The notes below the pieces were generated by a model that did no database searches, had not been told where the DNA came from, and was given only the letters and a program-made list of their open reading frames with translations. Both the position numbers and the translations under genes were made by a program. A stretch of 62,277 bases of DNA, the filler included, from Bipalium vagum (Eukaryota): the NCBI GenBank assembly GCA_037834085.1. It is 3 parts of 3 records of this genome, joined end to end, with 100 filler letters (N's around TTAATTAATTAA, not from the genome) between each part and the next. Parts side by side here need not be neighbours in the genome. Positions count along the whole stretch, not along the records: positions 20,175 to 40,068 come from JBBMKC010265022.1; 2 more parts are not named here. One strand, 5' to 3'. Position 1 is the first letter of the stretch. The number at the start of each line of letters is the position of its first letter. Positions 25,431 to 40,168 of the stretch are shown here, piece after piece.

Positions 25431-28235
25431 CAACTTCCAAGAGCTATATTAAATTTATATCTTGATTAGTAACGATTCACAGATTTGTCTTTCTTCGTCA
25501 TTATCAAAGGTGTTCATCACTACACAAAATTCATTTTCATTCATATATTTTTACTGTCTTTCATTGCAACTAACAGTAAGATCCAACACTTTAATTTTTA
25601 TACCCTTTTAGAAATCCTCACTTATTTGAGTTTTTATGGTGTCGTGTCTCTCCTACGTAAAGATGACAATAATTAAGACATTGAAAATTATGACATTACA
25701 ACATTACCCTGGATTGCTCATAATAAATACAGATTAATCTTATTCAGAATATCATTTACTTGAGCGATGGAAATTTAGCATCCGTTTAATACTTTTTAAC
25801 TTATAGTGAAAAGTAAAATATTATTTTGTTAATAAAAGTCAACAAAAAAACCATTAAAACAAGCTTTCGTGTGAAACGGCAAAATCGACATGAAACATAA
25901 ATTATATTAATTTTCTATTTCCAAACGAACATTATTAAATCATTCATTTTTAATCTTCTAGTAATATTATTTTCCCTTAAATTAATTCTTATCATTTTAT
26001 TTTGAAATGTTTTAATTAATTAAGTCAACACTTTAAAACTTTAAATATTTTTCTTAAAAAGATTACATATTGATTTACTACAACTGATTAAAAATTAAAT
26101 CCATAATTGAAAAAAATTAAATTAAAAACAATTTTAAAAAATAAAATAATAAATTATTATAAAATTAATAAAAAATAATTATTTTTTTATAAAGAGTAAT
26201 TTATTTAAAAATTATAAGAAAATTTACTTATTTAACTCATAACAGTTTCAAATTGTTGATGTAAAACGCAATTTTTCATTTAAAAATAAACCAATAATTA
26301 TAAATCACTGGTATATAAACTTAGTACAAATATTGTATATAAATTCTGATTATACTCTTTGTTTTCCCGTACTCATACCATTTAAATTTCATCTAAGAAA
26401 GTTTTTTTATATGATGGGAACAAAGTAATAAACCGTCAAGAGAATAAAAGAGTTAGAATGATGTCTTAATAAAGTCATGTGTTTCGAATTACGGAAAGTT
26501 TGATTATGCTTTGACTCTACGGCTTTGTTCTTCTGTTCACTTATTACATTATTTTTAGAGAATATCTCTAAAAATAATTTTTGAAAATTATGCGAGAAAG
26601 AAAATGCATTCCATAAATTAATCAACATAAATTTCTTTTGTCTGAAAATCTCTTGTCTTAAAAATTGTTAACGAAAATTAAAATTTTCAGGAAAGATTTT
26701 CCTTTTCAATTGTATTTTTTATTTAATAAACAATTGTAATTTTAGTCTTAAGCTTAACAACAAACAACTTTTTAACGAATTTATGTAAATACTATTAGCC
26801 AGATTTTATGGGATTTTTATGTGCATTTCTTATTAAGTTATTATGCTTAATTTATTTGTGAAAATAGAAATTTAGTTTAGAAACGAAAATCGATAAGAGT
26901 GACATTTGACTACTAGCATTATTTTAAGCAGTTTTATTTATTAAGTCATTACTTATATTGATTTAGGTGATTTTAATAAATTTCAATACACCAAATAAAA
27001 TTTCGCATGTAATAAATAAGTTAATTTTAATAAATATAAAACATTAAAATATCTTCTATAAAGAAAACATAAAGATATGTAAATGTAAGGGAAAATGTAA
27101 GAAATTATGGATTATAAAGATTTTAAGATAACTTAAAAGATTAATGATAAATCAATTTTAAAATATTTTATATTGAAATAAAATAAAATAATTAATATTT
27201 CAGTAATCTATAAATGTAGTTTCATTTATTATTATTTATATTTATTATCCTATAATCCCTTAACCTGCTATTTTGCAGGAAAATAATATGAAAAATATTG
27301 AAATCACATTTAATTTATTTGATAATAAAAGATAAATTGTTTTATGAAATACTTTGTAATCAATTTGTAAAACCAAAACTAAATATGATGAGAAATACTT
27401 CTATTGTAAGTCAGACATGCTCCAGATCTTTTTCTTGATTTAATTTCTCAATAGATATCATATTACGGAAACGAATTTATATCTTACTTTCTATTGCATA
27501 AAAATAATTAAATAAATATTAAAACAACTATTAAAAATTATTTTATTTCCAACAGACAATTTTTGTCCAATTCTTTTTTAATTCAAAGTTATATTTTTCA
27601 CAAAGTATTTATTCATCTTACTATTGAATTTAAGAATTTTTTTTTATATTATGTCAGTAATAATGAAAATTATGATAATATATTTAATTTGTTAAGATAT
27701 TTTAATTTTTACGTTTGCTATCACCTAGGTTACAATTATGCAATTTTGAAAAACATTTAAGAAAGAAGAATTTGAAAATATTGTGTAAGAAAAAATACTT
27801 TGAAGAACACGAATAAAATAATAATTGAGAATTTATAAAATTCCGATCAAAATTAAACAAATGAAAAAAAATAAATTGTTCTTGAAATTGAAGATTTTCT
27901 AATAATTATTATCCATAATTTTAAAGTTGTTATCCTCTATTTTATCCAAAGGAGTCTACAACAAGTGCTTTATTGTTAGATCGGCAACTCTTTGATCTGA
28001 AAATGATATCCCATTGTTGTTCAGTAAATAATTAAAATACAATAAAAATATAAAATGTCAAATGATAACAATTACTTAATAAATAACGGAGCTAAATACT
28101 TGACTTTTGTCAGTCCGCAATTGGTTTCAGGTAAATTTTCTTAATCATTTAATGTGATTATTAATAATTTTAACTACAAATCATAAGGCATCTGAAACAA
28201 AAAGTTTGAAAATTTTTGAAATTTTGTTTTACAAA

Positions 28236-28700
28236 TATTAGGTTTTTATGTTCGCAGTATACAACAAATATTAATCTAAAACACTATTTCCACCAATGTC
28301 AATGACTTTTCGCCATTGTTCACAAAGAGAACAAATTCCATTCTCGAAGAATTCGCTTTTCTAAGATAGAAAGTATTCGAACACGGAAAGTCTGACTTCT
28401 TCAACATTTTGAATTTTCTTCAGCCAACGGGTGCTGCATTGATCTGAATAAGTAGTGGTACAATAGGACCAAATCAGGACTATATAGCGGATGAGGCAGA
28501 ATTTTTTAACTAATTTTAAAATTTTTCCTGAACAACTCTTTGCTTGCGTTTTCCTAAACCAAAATTATTTTTGTCTTTCTCTGTACCTCTGTGAGTATTT
28601 GACCAGGATTCAGCACATCGAACTAAATCATTCATGTTCCAACATATACACTGCATAACTTTACCTCCGTGGATTTTAAAGTCTTTTTAAGCTTATTTTG
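28236..28700 (-). mobile_element. Mariner 3' fragment
   Basis: LPHPLYSPDLVLLYHYLFRSMQH on the minus strand; tattaggt terminus. Confidence 0.75.
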
Positions 28701-31700
28701 CAATGTAAAATAAATAAAATGAAAGATAATATTAATAAAAGATTATAAATAAGAAAAATATACATGATTAAATTTAAAATGCGCGATTTTTGGTGGTTTA
28801 TGAAATAATAAATTGTATTCATTAAAACACATTTCTAACTTAACATTAATATAAAGTATATTACATCGGAATAAAATAATACAAAAATGATATAGACTAC
28901 CATCGATTGAAAGAGTCAATTTGTTTCATGCATACTACGATATTTATCGAGAAAAAATAATAAAAAGTCAATAAGATTAATGTATTAAACTGTAGCTCAA
29001 TGTTTAAAGTGATATTTTCACGGATTGAGTTTAAGAAAATGAATCGTTCTTTTAAAAAAAGATATTCGAATCTTTTATTAATATTATGTACAGGAATTCT
29101 ATTGAGTCGTCTCTCTGTAGCAAAAATACGAAGTCTCTGATTAGGTTCATGAAGAAAATGAAACTGAAAATTATCAGTTGCAAAGGAACGAATTATAAAA
29201 TTTGAAAAAACACATTATTAATCAACATAAAACAGAAAATAAATAATTGATCTGAAATTGTTCCTCATTCACATTTAATTAAAATTAATGAAACACTATC
29301 TGGCAATTTAAAAAATTAGTTTAATTATTATTTTAAAACCATGAATGCGTTTTTTTCAAATATTAATCTAAACTGAAATTCCGAATATTTTGAAATATTA
29401 ATGTTCATTCCTTGTGTAATTTTAAAAAATTCTGAATTATTCACCCATTTTTTCTGTTTTCGTTTTCATTAACTACAATAATAAATTTAAGTGAATATAA
29501 TAATAGTGAAATGTGTTACATGGATTTATATTTAAATATGTATGATTTTTCGATTTTTATTCGATGTTAAATAATTTCATATTTCTTAAGAATTTGAACT
29601 AAAATAGCAGAAGGCAGTGGATATTTATAAAGAGTAAAATATTTCTAAAACAGCTTTTATTTATTTATGACAGAACAGATTTTAAAAATATTTATTAATA
29701 GTTCTAAAAATATTTTAAAAATCTCGTTAAAATACATTTTAAAATTACATCAATAGTGAAATAAAAATTATTTATTTCCGATGTTACTTTTTTAAGTTCA
29801 ATAATTTCCAATTTATCTTTTCTATCAATAAATGAAATTTCTTCCAGCTCTTCTTATAAATAAAAAATATAAAATAGACAGACCAAATGTTTCAGTTAAA
29901 ATAAAATAATATAAATAATACATTTGTAGATTTAAATAAATCAATTAAATCTTTCATGAATTGTGCTATTAAATGTGTCCCATTTTTTGATACTTCGGAT
30001 GCATGATGGGTTACTTGTAAATCACCTCCCAAAAAATTTAATTTCACATACACAGCAGCTCGAGGTTCATCCTATCATCCGAAAATATTTAGCACATTCA
30101 TCGAACCTAGTCACCTTAATTTGATTTTTTGTTACAAGCATGTAAACAGGTACCTGTATCTCAAAGAATTTATGATATAATTTGTATGAAAATGGAATAA
30201 ATATAAAGCGGAATGTTTATTGTCATATTACTTAAATACATTTACATTAAAAGCGTTCTTCGTGAGAATGTTTTTTTCAAATTTCAATTTTATTTGTCTA
30301 AAAAAAGCGGTTTTGAGAAGTGAATCATTTCTTCTCCAATACTCATTTATACATCTTTTTATTGAATATAAAAGAAATCTAAATAAACGAAATATAAAGA
30401 GCAAACAATGTTCTCTATTTAAAACAGCTCTTTAAAATTTAAGAAAATGCGTATTCTTTGCAATCAATATCACTCATCTTTTGAAGTTGACATTTTTTAC
30501 TTATTTAAACAAAATATTATATTTATTTAATATAAGTAATAAAAACTTCCAAAGATTTATTGGATAAAAATAGTAAGTGATTAGATAAACAATGTGATCG
30601 TTTTCTTTATTAAAAATCAGCTTTTTATTTTAATTTTATTCTATTTTTGTATATCCCATTTAAAAATATATAATGTCATTATTTGGGGAGCAAGCTACAA
30701 AATATTAGATGAAACAAAGTATATTAGTCATATTGTTCTTAAATTTTTCCAATCGAAAAATAAATATTTATACCCAATGGAATACACAGTAGTGAATATT
30801 CGCAATAACATAGGGCCATAAATTGCTCTGCAAGAAAATGGTATGTTGATGCTAAAGAATTTAGTGTGAATATGAGAAAATCTGATAATGAATAAAGAAA
30901 AAAGTTTCCAGTCATCATTGATTGGAAAATGAAAATTTAAGATCAATATGTAAAAATAAAATGGATGTTATTTTGTTCTAAGAATAATTAAAGATAATTT
31001 TAAACAAGAATAATGTATTTTGAAATTTAATAATATTGGAATTTGTTTTAATTAGACAATTTAACAGAAGAAATATTATTATTGATTGATGAAAAGATAA
31101 AAATTTTAAAACATGTTTTAAAAAACAAATAATTAAATAGATTTTATTGTGAACTGTTAAAAATCATGTATTCGAAATATAAGCTGTAAATCAAAAATAA
31201 TAATAATTATAATAATAAAAATAATAATTTAAATCTTAAATCAATAAAATCACGACAGTTTTTAAAGTTTCTTTTTAAAAAAAAATAAAATACTTTGAAT
31301 GGCTTTCCACATTGGATCATTATTGTTAGCAAGATTCCATGAGCTAGGAGTCTCTAAATAAGTAGTAAAAATTAATTAGTACATAAATAATACTAAAAAT
31401 TATAAGAAAACTAAAAATGTGCAATTACAATAATGATAAACCAATACACCGCCGTAGGCTGTGAGTTTAATAAAATTTATAAAATGTGTAATATGAATTA
31501 TATTATTTTTTGGTATATTTTTTGAGACATTATTGTTACACTATACCAATTTTTTATTTTGTATATAATAAATTAAAATTCATTTATTGGTTTTTGACAT
31601 CCATTTATTCTAATGGTTTAGAACAAGGCAAACTGAAACCGATTTAAGTCAAATAAATCTGATGATGTTCACACAATTAACGCAACGCATTATTTTATCA

Positions 31701-34017
31701 TTTTGTACTGTTAAACAGTATAATTTATGATTTCATCAGTTAATACATAACTGTGTAAGTATCAACCCTTTTGGTATCTAGAGCTGTTCAATAAGATTAA
31801 TATAATAGATGTCATTTTTCAGTGATGTTTGTTTTACATTCTGTTTCATATAATAGGAAACAATATTTAGTTCAATGTTTTTTCAATATTGTTATGATTT
31901 TCAAGATACATTTTCACATTTTTATTGACTTTCATGATTTATAATGGACCTGGTGAACTTTATTGTTTTGAGTAATAAAGGATTGTTTGTTTAAATGAAT
32001 AAAAATGACCAAGTAATGAAATATATTAATTTACATTTTGAAAAACAGCGTGTTCAAAAAGGTATTTTATACAGGCCCAGAAATTATAATAAAGAAATTT
32101 CGATTTCGTTGAACTTTCACACAGATCTTTATAAACAGAAATATTCCAGATTAAATAGTTCATAATCAAAAATCGATTTAAAGTGGCTAATGTATTTTTT
32201 TTGAAAAAATTCACTTTGATTTGATCATATAATTAAGCTGAAGACCATAATTAAGTAAATAACAAATTAGAGCATCATCTGGCTTTATTTTATTTATTTT
32301 TATTTTTCAACTTGATAAAATACGACATGATCTCCATCATACTACTTTCAAAAATCGATTTTTGTATTTAATTAAGATTATTAAAGTTAGAAATTTTTTC
32401 CTTTCCTTTATTCAGATCAATTCTTGATTGAAATAGTAATAATTAATTTCATTGGAAAATAAAATTGTCTTCCTATTAATTCTAAAAAAACTTTTCACTT
32501 TAAAAAAATTTTTAACTGTATAATTAATAAATCCATTAAATATTTTCCTCTATGCATCTTAAATCAAGTATAATTTAAAATAAAAACACAATTTTATCAA
32601 TGGAAAATAATTAAAATTTAATAATCAGCGAAAAATTTCTTAAACATTCCACAAATTTTAATAATTCATGCTGCTAACTGATTTTGATGGATTACTTTGT
32701 GATGGAAGTAATTTTCAGAGAGCAAACAAAATAATGCTGATAAATCAAATTCTCAAAATTAATTTTATTTTCTCTATTCACGCAAAATTCAGTCATTTTC
32801 CATTACAATACTTTGCTTCCTTTTAAATTCCCTAGATATTTTTAAAGTTGTTAAAAATAATTTCTGTCATGATTTTGAAAATAATATTAATAATATAATA
32901 ATAATAATAATAATGAAAAAATTTACAAATCTCCCATTTGATAACTTAATTAAATTTAATTAATCCTTTAAAATATTTTATTTTATTATTTTTCTTATTC
33001 TTGGATTATCGTTGGTTTTGTTAATTGTTCAGAAAAAATTGAAACACCAAAAATCGATCATCATCATCATCATCATCATCATATGAAAAATATTAACGAC
33101 TTGAATTCCTGTGTAACGTTTCATTTATTATACAGATTTTATAATAGCTCAATTTGATTAATTAATTTCGTTTCAATAAGAAATCTCATTATTATTTTAT
33201 ATATTTCAGAAATATTATACATTTTCATTAGAACGAAATAATTAATGATATCAGTTGTAAAAATTGTCCCAACATGGACTCGCGAATGAAATATGAAACA
33301 TAATTTAATCCACAAGGTTAAATAATAACGATTGCTTTTTATTTTATTTATTGCCTTTGTTATATTTGCTGCATAATTTTCCAGCCTCACTAAATTGAAA
33401 AGACAAATTAATTTATCTCTTGTTGTCAAGCAATATTAAAATTCAATCATAAAGAGCATAGATTTCTATGCAGACTGATTCAATTATCAGCCTAACTAGC
33501 GTAACATAAACATTTCGATTTTAATTTAATTAACATGGAAATCTTTTCCAGCATTTCCAATTTCTTAAATCAGTCATCGTTTTTCTTTCACCAAGCCATT
33601 TCTATAATGAGCCGATTTTTATTATTATTATTATGATTATTATTATTTCAACAAATAATTAAAAATAGACAACCTGAGAACAATTTAATTGATTATTTTA
33701 TATCATATTGTGTAAATATTTATCAAACGGAAATAAAAAGGAAATGCAAATGTAAAAGAAAAAATGATTTGCAAATAAGAAATTAAAATGAATACAAAAA
33801 AATAATTACTTTTATATTATAAGGTATTATCGTAGAAAATATTTTCAATAAACACATCAAAAATATAAAGGAAATATTAAAATATAATGAGAACGTGATT
33901 TTATATAAGAAAAATCAAATAAATGATATAGAAAAATCAATTCGTACATAAAATAAACTAAAAATTATAAAATAAATAACGAATTATTTCACTTTTATAA
34001 ATTAATGCAACATTTAC

Positions 34018-34305
34018 CCATGTTATTTAGTGCTCCACATGATAACAACTGAGCATATTGAACCCAGTTGAAGCTGTTCATCATATCATTGTTTGGGGTT
34101 GATGTTGCAAAACCCGGACCAAGATTCGAAAGCGGCGGAGGCTGGAGAAAGTTATTGTGAGCAATCGACCCATAAGCAAGATTTTGATTAGCAGGTTGCA
34201 TTTTGTTCGATAATTCACTCAATCTCATTAAGAATTGGTAATTTGGATTCATATTATTAACAAAACCCATGGCGGCCATAGCTGGATTAAGACCGACACC
34301 GGTTC
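34018..34305 (-). CDS. Asn/Gln/Met-rich protein, coding exon 2
   Basis: tattcaag acceptor, g|gtaaat donor, 288 nt, phase 1-1. Encodes GTGVGLNPAMAAMGFVNNMNPNYQF...WVQYAQLLSCGALNNM. GC-richer island. Confidence 0.75.
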
Positions 34306-34437
34306 CTTGAATAATGAAACAAAATGGAAAATCAAATCAAACCAGAACAGAAAAACAACGAACTCATTATTTATCCGATTAATTAATTAATTAATTAATT
34401 AAATTTCAAAGAAAGAAACAATAATAATCAATCTTAC

Positions 34438-34504
34438 CATACAAATTGTTGGTCAGAGCCGCATCGGTCGGATGAGAGGAAACTGTTCGACTGGGATCTG
34501 TCAT
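34438..34504 (-). CDS. Asn/Gln/Met-rich protein, coding exon 1 (starts at ATG)
   Basis: Polypyrimidine tract + cag|ATG. Encodes MTDPSRTVSSHPTDAALTNNLY. Donor g|gtaaga. Confidence 0.7.
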
Positions 34505-35050
34505 CTGATTTTCGAGGAAGAAAAGAAAAATTAAAATTATCAATTATCCAATTCCACAAACGATAATAAAAAATCAAATTGGACTATCTGCATCCGGTAA
34601 AACAAAATTCAATTTCAACAGACCAGATAATGAAAATATTAGTATTATTATTATTATTACTAATGATAATAATAATAATGATAATGTAATAATAATAGCA
34701 ATAATAATGTGGCGTTTATTGAATGAAGACCTGGGAGGAAAAAATCGAATGAATAGTCGTTCAGTTATTGATATATGAGAATTTTTCAAGACCTATCAAA
34801 TAATTATTCACAATCAATTGAAACATTGGCAAAATAAATTTCTGAGTGGGGAAAAATAACCAACAATAATAAAATAGTTATTGGATATAGAGAAAAATAA
34901 TTTTCTTAAGATTGTTATTTTAACAAGTACCAGTCGTGTGACATTACTCGCAGGGCTGCTGAGATTATTTATGATATGTGGGAACTGTTTATTCTCCCAA
35001 TCCTGAAAAGTTGGCCATTTAACTCAATGTAGCAATGTGTAACTTTTTAC

Positions 35051-35330
35051 TTAGCAGCAGCATCCATGCAGCTTGAACCAAGGCCTGTGCGACTGTCTGG
35101 CTGCTTCTGCTGCTGCTGCTATTGCTAATGCTGTTGCTGTGGTGTTGTTGTTGTTGATATCGTTGTTAGCAAGTCTGGCCCGACAAAGTTCCAATACCCA
35201 CACACAGACACACGCACACACACACAAATTTACTATCTGAACAGAACATACACACACAGAGAGAAACATACATTCCGCCAAATATATAGACACACATACA
35301 CGAAATCCTGTTCTGCTTTTCTGTAACATA
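35051..35330 (-). promoter_or_regulatory. Probable 5' leader exon with a 92-codon uORF, rich in microsatellites
   Basis: Donor TAA|gtaaaa at 35050. ATG at 35329 opens a frame to TAA ending at 35051. Contains TG, AAC and GCA repeats. Confidence 0.4.
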
Positions 35331-36584
35331 ATTCAAACAAACAGCATACACGAAATCGTATTTCTTTCATCAACATGACAAAGAATGAATAAACGAATTA
35401 TTTGACAAACAGAAAAGGGGGAAAATGTTGAAACAAATTCCTTTCTCATTTCCACATAAGCCCGGTCTTTGTTATTATTGGGAGAGTTTGATTTTCCCCT
35501 TTTCTTTTTATTTATTTTTTTGTCAATGGTGGCTCATATTGTTTCTGGTGAAAAAAAATTCAATTTCTTTTCCCATATAATAGAAGAAATTGTCTTCACT
35601 TTTTCGCGTCATATGTACACATACATAACCATCGGTCATGATCTCTGTTGTACATTGGAATGCGCAATAGAGAATTTGATAGGAAATAATCCACATGCAT
35701 TGCAAAAAAACAATCTGGTCCAAATTTACTGACCAAAAAATTCCATACATCTTCACCCAGTTTTAGCAGTCAAATTACACCAAGAAATAAATGGGAGGGG
35801 GCGAAAAAACGAAGGGGAAAAATAATCGAATATGAATTATAATGGGTAAAATCGTAAATATTGAGATTGTTTGATGAATGTTAAATGAACCAGTGGTATA
35901 TATGCTACAAATCAAAACCAAATAAAAAATCCTACCTGGTAACATTCATTAGATCCATCATCATCTTTGGTCTGATGATAATAATAATAAAAACAAGTGC
36001 AAATTAAAAATGTATTATTTTTAATATTGATCTTAAAACAAAGAATTGCGTGTGCTACTTTGATGTTGGCTAATTAATTGTGTGGACATACGACTGTGTG
36101 TATCTGTACGAAGACATACAATCAAGCGCACACACACCTTCATACATACAATCATATTTATGTATATATATATATTTATTTAAATACGCTCAGTTTATTA
36201 TTACGCATCAATACAACAAGCAAACTAGTCGAACAGCGACGCGAATTTAATTGCACACACAATCACTACCTTTTTTTTCCAATACATGCACAACTGGCTC
36301 GAAAACTACGTTTCAATAAATTTCGATATTTAATGATATATCGTGTTTTAGATGATGAGAAACATTAATGGAAAAAAAATATTTTATATATTAAATATTA
36401 AATATACATATCTATATATCTGTACGTATATATATTTATTCTTAATTATGGTGGAAAAAATACACTAATAAATTGACAATAAATAATAAAAAGAAAGGAA
36501 AAAAATAATATTTATCCAACTCATTTTTGAAATGGTAAAAATAATTATTTACAAATTTGAGAAAAATTATTTTATTATATCGCG

Positions 36585-36630
36585 GTGTGTGTGTGTGTGT
36601 TTCAGTGTCAGTATGCATGTGTGTGTGTGT
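36585..36630. repeat. Two (GT)n microsatellites
   Basis: Direct read. Confidence 0.85.
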
Positions 36631-38859
36631 CTTCTGCTTTTGCTAAATGGGAATATATTGCTTCTTTATTAATTTTTTTTCTTTTAGATAATAATAATAA
36701 TGATAATAATAATAATGATGGCTGTTCTTTATATTTGAGTGGCTGTTTAACTGTGATATGATTAATGTTTCTCTCCCGCTTAAATAATCAATCGATTCTA
36801 ATTACGTTTTTCAATGTTTTTTTTCCATTGATTTTTTGTTCATGTCAACGTTTAATTACTTTCTCAATTTTTTGCCAATATTAGAAATTATTGTTTTAAT
36901 TTTCTGTTGGAAATATCGAGGAATATATTTTTTCTCTTGCAGAATTATAAAATAATTACTTCTTTCCACTGAAAATTTAGCATAGTTGCGTTTTTTGCTT
37001 TCCTGAATTTTCCCAAGATTTCATAAAACTTTTGCTAAGAAATTTAATATTCTTTTTTCCTCTTATTATTGTTGTTATTATTAATTGTTTTTACTTTTTT
37101 CCAGTTTTGGTAAATGTTAAATTATTTTTTTCATTTTTTAATATGAATTATAAATATTATTATTATTATTTATTATTATTATTATTGATTTTGGTTTTTA
37201 TTTTATTGTTAATAAATTATAAAAATCTGTTTTGTAAATTAAATGAAAAAAAATAATTTGCTAAATAATTGAAAACTTTTAATTAATGATGGATTTATTT
37301 ATTTGTTTGAATAAGACGAGTGATAGTCAAAAATCACATTGTTCATTATTTTTCTAATAACAAAGTATACATAATATACATAAAAATTTTTTCATTATTT
37401 GTTGATGTAGATTATGATGTATTAGACACTAAATTATTATTTTATAATAGACTGAAAATCTTATGAGATTGTTTTAATTCAATTCATCAGTTTTATTCGT
37501 TTTAGTGTCATAATAAAATTTGAAATGATAATTTTATTTGAAAGAAGAATTAAAACAAAATTAAAATTGAATTTTTATAGTTGAAAATCGATTTCAATTT
37601 AGAGAATCAAGTTTTAAATTAACCACGTTTTACCATACGGAAGAGATGGAAAATAATTTTAACCATATCTTGATTAGAAAAATTGAAGGGTTCCTATTAA
37701 CTTTATTACAATTCGCTTTATTATTTTTATGATTGTTTAATTTAATAATCTTTAAAATTCACAATATTTATAACACATTAACAATAATTACTTCATTGGT
37801 CCAAATATTCATATTTATTATAATCAAAAAAGAATAAAAAGAAAAAAAATGATAAAAACATATTTATTTATAACTGGTGCTCCAGACACAATTTTTATGA
37901 GATGGTTGACCCTGTTCTACAGCTCTAAATCTCAGAAAGCTCTCAAAATCTAATATTTACCATTTTCAAATGTTACAATCGTGTATTAAAATTTTTGATA
38001 ATGTAAATTTATGTGTGGTAGATTGGTGTTGTGCTCAAAAATCCAACAAACGGAATCCTAATTGAAATGTTCATGGATAAATATATATAGAAAAGAATAT
38101 TAGAAAAAACATCAATATTTCCTCCAAATTATAAAGGTGAGGGTGCAATACCTAAAACTTAATTAACTTAATATGAGAATATCGTTGTACATTTTCACAC
38201 ACTCCAATCTAATATTGCTATTATACAATTTGCTATATAAAAGAAGATACCGATTTACAATAAGTAGAGGTTCTGTATAATCAATTCATTAACATAAAAA
38301 TTGAAACCCATTGGAACGTTGTATGTTATGGAGCATACATCGAAATGATTCGAACTGTTCAACATTAGAAATCAAGAAAAATATTTCAAGAGTAAATGTG
38401 TACGAAATTTATCTTTTATAAAAATAATCCTCTAACCCTTCCTTATTATTAAATCCGAAAACATTTCCGCGTATATCTCATACTCAATATTAATTATTTT
38501 GTTCTGGTCAACATTTTAATTGTGTATTTCAATCTTACACTCTTATATTCATGATGTTATCATCACTTTCACCTTCACCATCAATAATGAGTTAAATTTC
38601 AACGATTTGACCTCTAAATAAGTCTCAGTTTTAAGTATCAATAGTAAAGAATGAAATTTTTTTAAAAATTAAATATAACTAACTTTTGTTAAGAGAACCA
38701 TTAGATTATTATAATTAAGTTTTTTGTTATAATAATATATATGCGATAAAGTTAAATAATAAAGAATAGTTGTTTTAATTAATTTCCGCCATTGATAATA
38801 AAGAGGTTTTTTTTTAAAATTAATATATTTAAGATCGAAGTAATTTTATCATATTTTAG

Positions 38860-39715
38860 TTGAAAAATGTGGAACGCGAAAAACAGTTTTTCCGAAATGT
38901 TCTTCTGAATTATTTCGATATGAAGAAAACTGCAGCGGAAGCCTGACGAATATTGTTGGAGACTTATGACGATTCTTCTCTATGAGAAAGATAGTGTAGA
39001 GAATGATTTCACAGATTCCAAAGTGGCAAATATGATATTCTGATAAGTCACGCCCAGGTCAACCTAAAAAGTTAAACAAAACTGATTTAAAATCATTATT
39101 GGAGGTTGCTTCGACTCTGACTCTCATTGCTTTCTAGACACCAAAAGAAGTGCTTTCTGAGGCGAATAATCACTGAAGATGAAAAATTGATCTCCCTCGA
39201 CAATTCAAAACGCAAAAATTAATGATGAACCCAGGGATCAAGGTTTTTTTATTACGAGCTTCTATCACTGAATGAGATCATCACAGGAGATCGATACAAA
39301 CAAAATTAATTAAATTGAATGAAAATGACCTTTAATAGGCAGTAATAGATGCAAAGTCATTCTTTTGCCATAAAATACTCAGTCTTATGTCGCAAAGTGC
39401 GTAAAAGAAACGCTATTGGGATTTGGTTTGGAAGTCATAGGACATTCAGCCTACTCTCCAGACTTGGCACCTTCCTATTAATATTTTTTCAGATAAATGC
39501 AACATGCATTGTCATGGTACAAAAATGGGTTGCTAACTGGATTGGTTTCACAAACAAAGCGTTTTACCTCAAAGGTATTCAATTTTTGACAGAAAGATGA
39601 TTAAAAGTAATCGAAAATGAAGAAAAGTATCTTGACTAATTTATCTATTGTGAATGTTGTGAAATAAATGTTCTTTTTGTTCAAAAAACGCCGGAAATTA
39701 ATTAAAGCCTCAAAT
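38860..39715 (+). mobile_element. Decayed DD34D mariner (mauritiana-like)
   Basis: NYFDMKKTAAEA*RILLETY; RPGQPKK; RIITEDEK; AYSPDLAPSY; 3' TIR-like end. Confidence 0.85.
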
Positions 39716-40068
39716 AATTAATATTCAGAAAAATTTAAAATAATTTCTTTGCTTTTTCTATTTTTTTTAAATTAATTATTTATAAATTTTTTATTTCTTT
39801 CTTTCGTTTAACAGAAATTGTCGAAAATCATTTTTTGATCTCAAGAACAGCTCTGCAACTATGATTGATTATTTAGTGCTACTTACAGACAGTGTTTGTG
39901 AATCCAATAACTCTTAAGGTTTAAAGGTCAAAAGGTTCAACAATTTATTCGATAATTGCAATGATATTATCGGGTTAAATCGGATAATATATATTTTCAT
40001 TAAAGTATGCCTAATTGCACAGCATTTCTAAGAAAAGTGAATTATTGAGCTTTAAAAGTAAATAATCA

Positions 40069-40168
40069 NNNNNNNNNNNNNNNNNNNNNNNNNNNNNNNN
40101 NNNNNNNNNNNNTTAATTAATTAANNNNNNNNNNNNNNNNNNNNNNNNNNNNNNNNNNNNNNNNNNNN
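40069..40168. other. Artificial assembly gap spacer
   Basis: 44 N + TTAATTAATTAA + 44 N. Confidence 0.97.

Noticed and set aside
24824-33429. Numerous 60-96 aa F/I/L/K/N-rich ORFs
   Set aside because: Composition expected from random AT-rich intron sequence; no splice or homology support
34379-34402. Natural TTAA run resembling the gap spacer
   Set aside because: No flanking Ns; an ordinary (TTAA)n microsatellite in an intron
37860-38450. Possible hAT transposase relic (IETHWN, cf. TRWNS)
   Set aside because: Single weak motif among many stops
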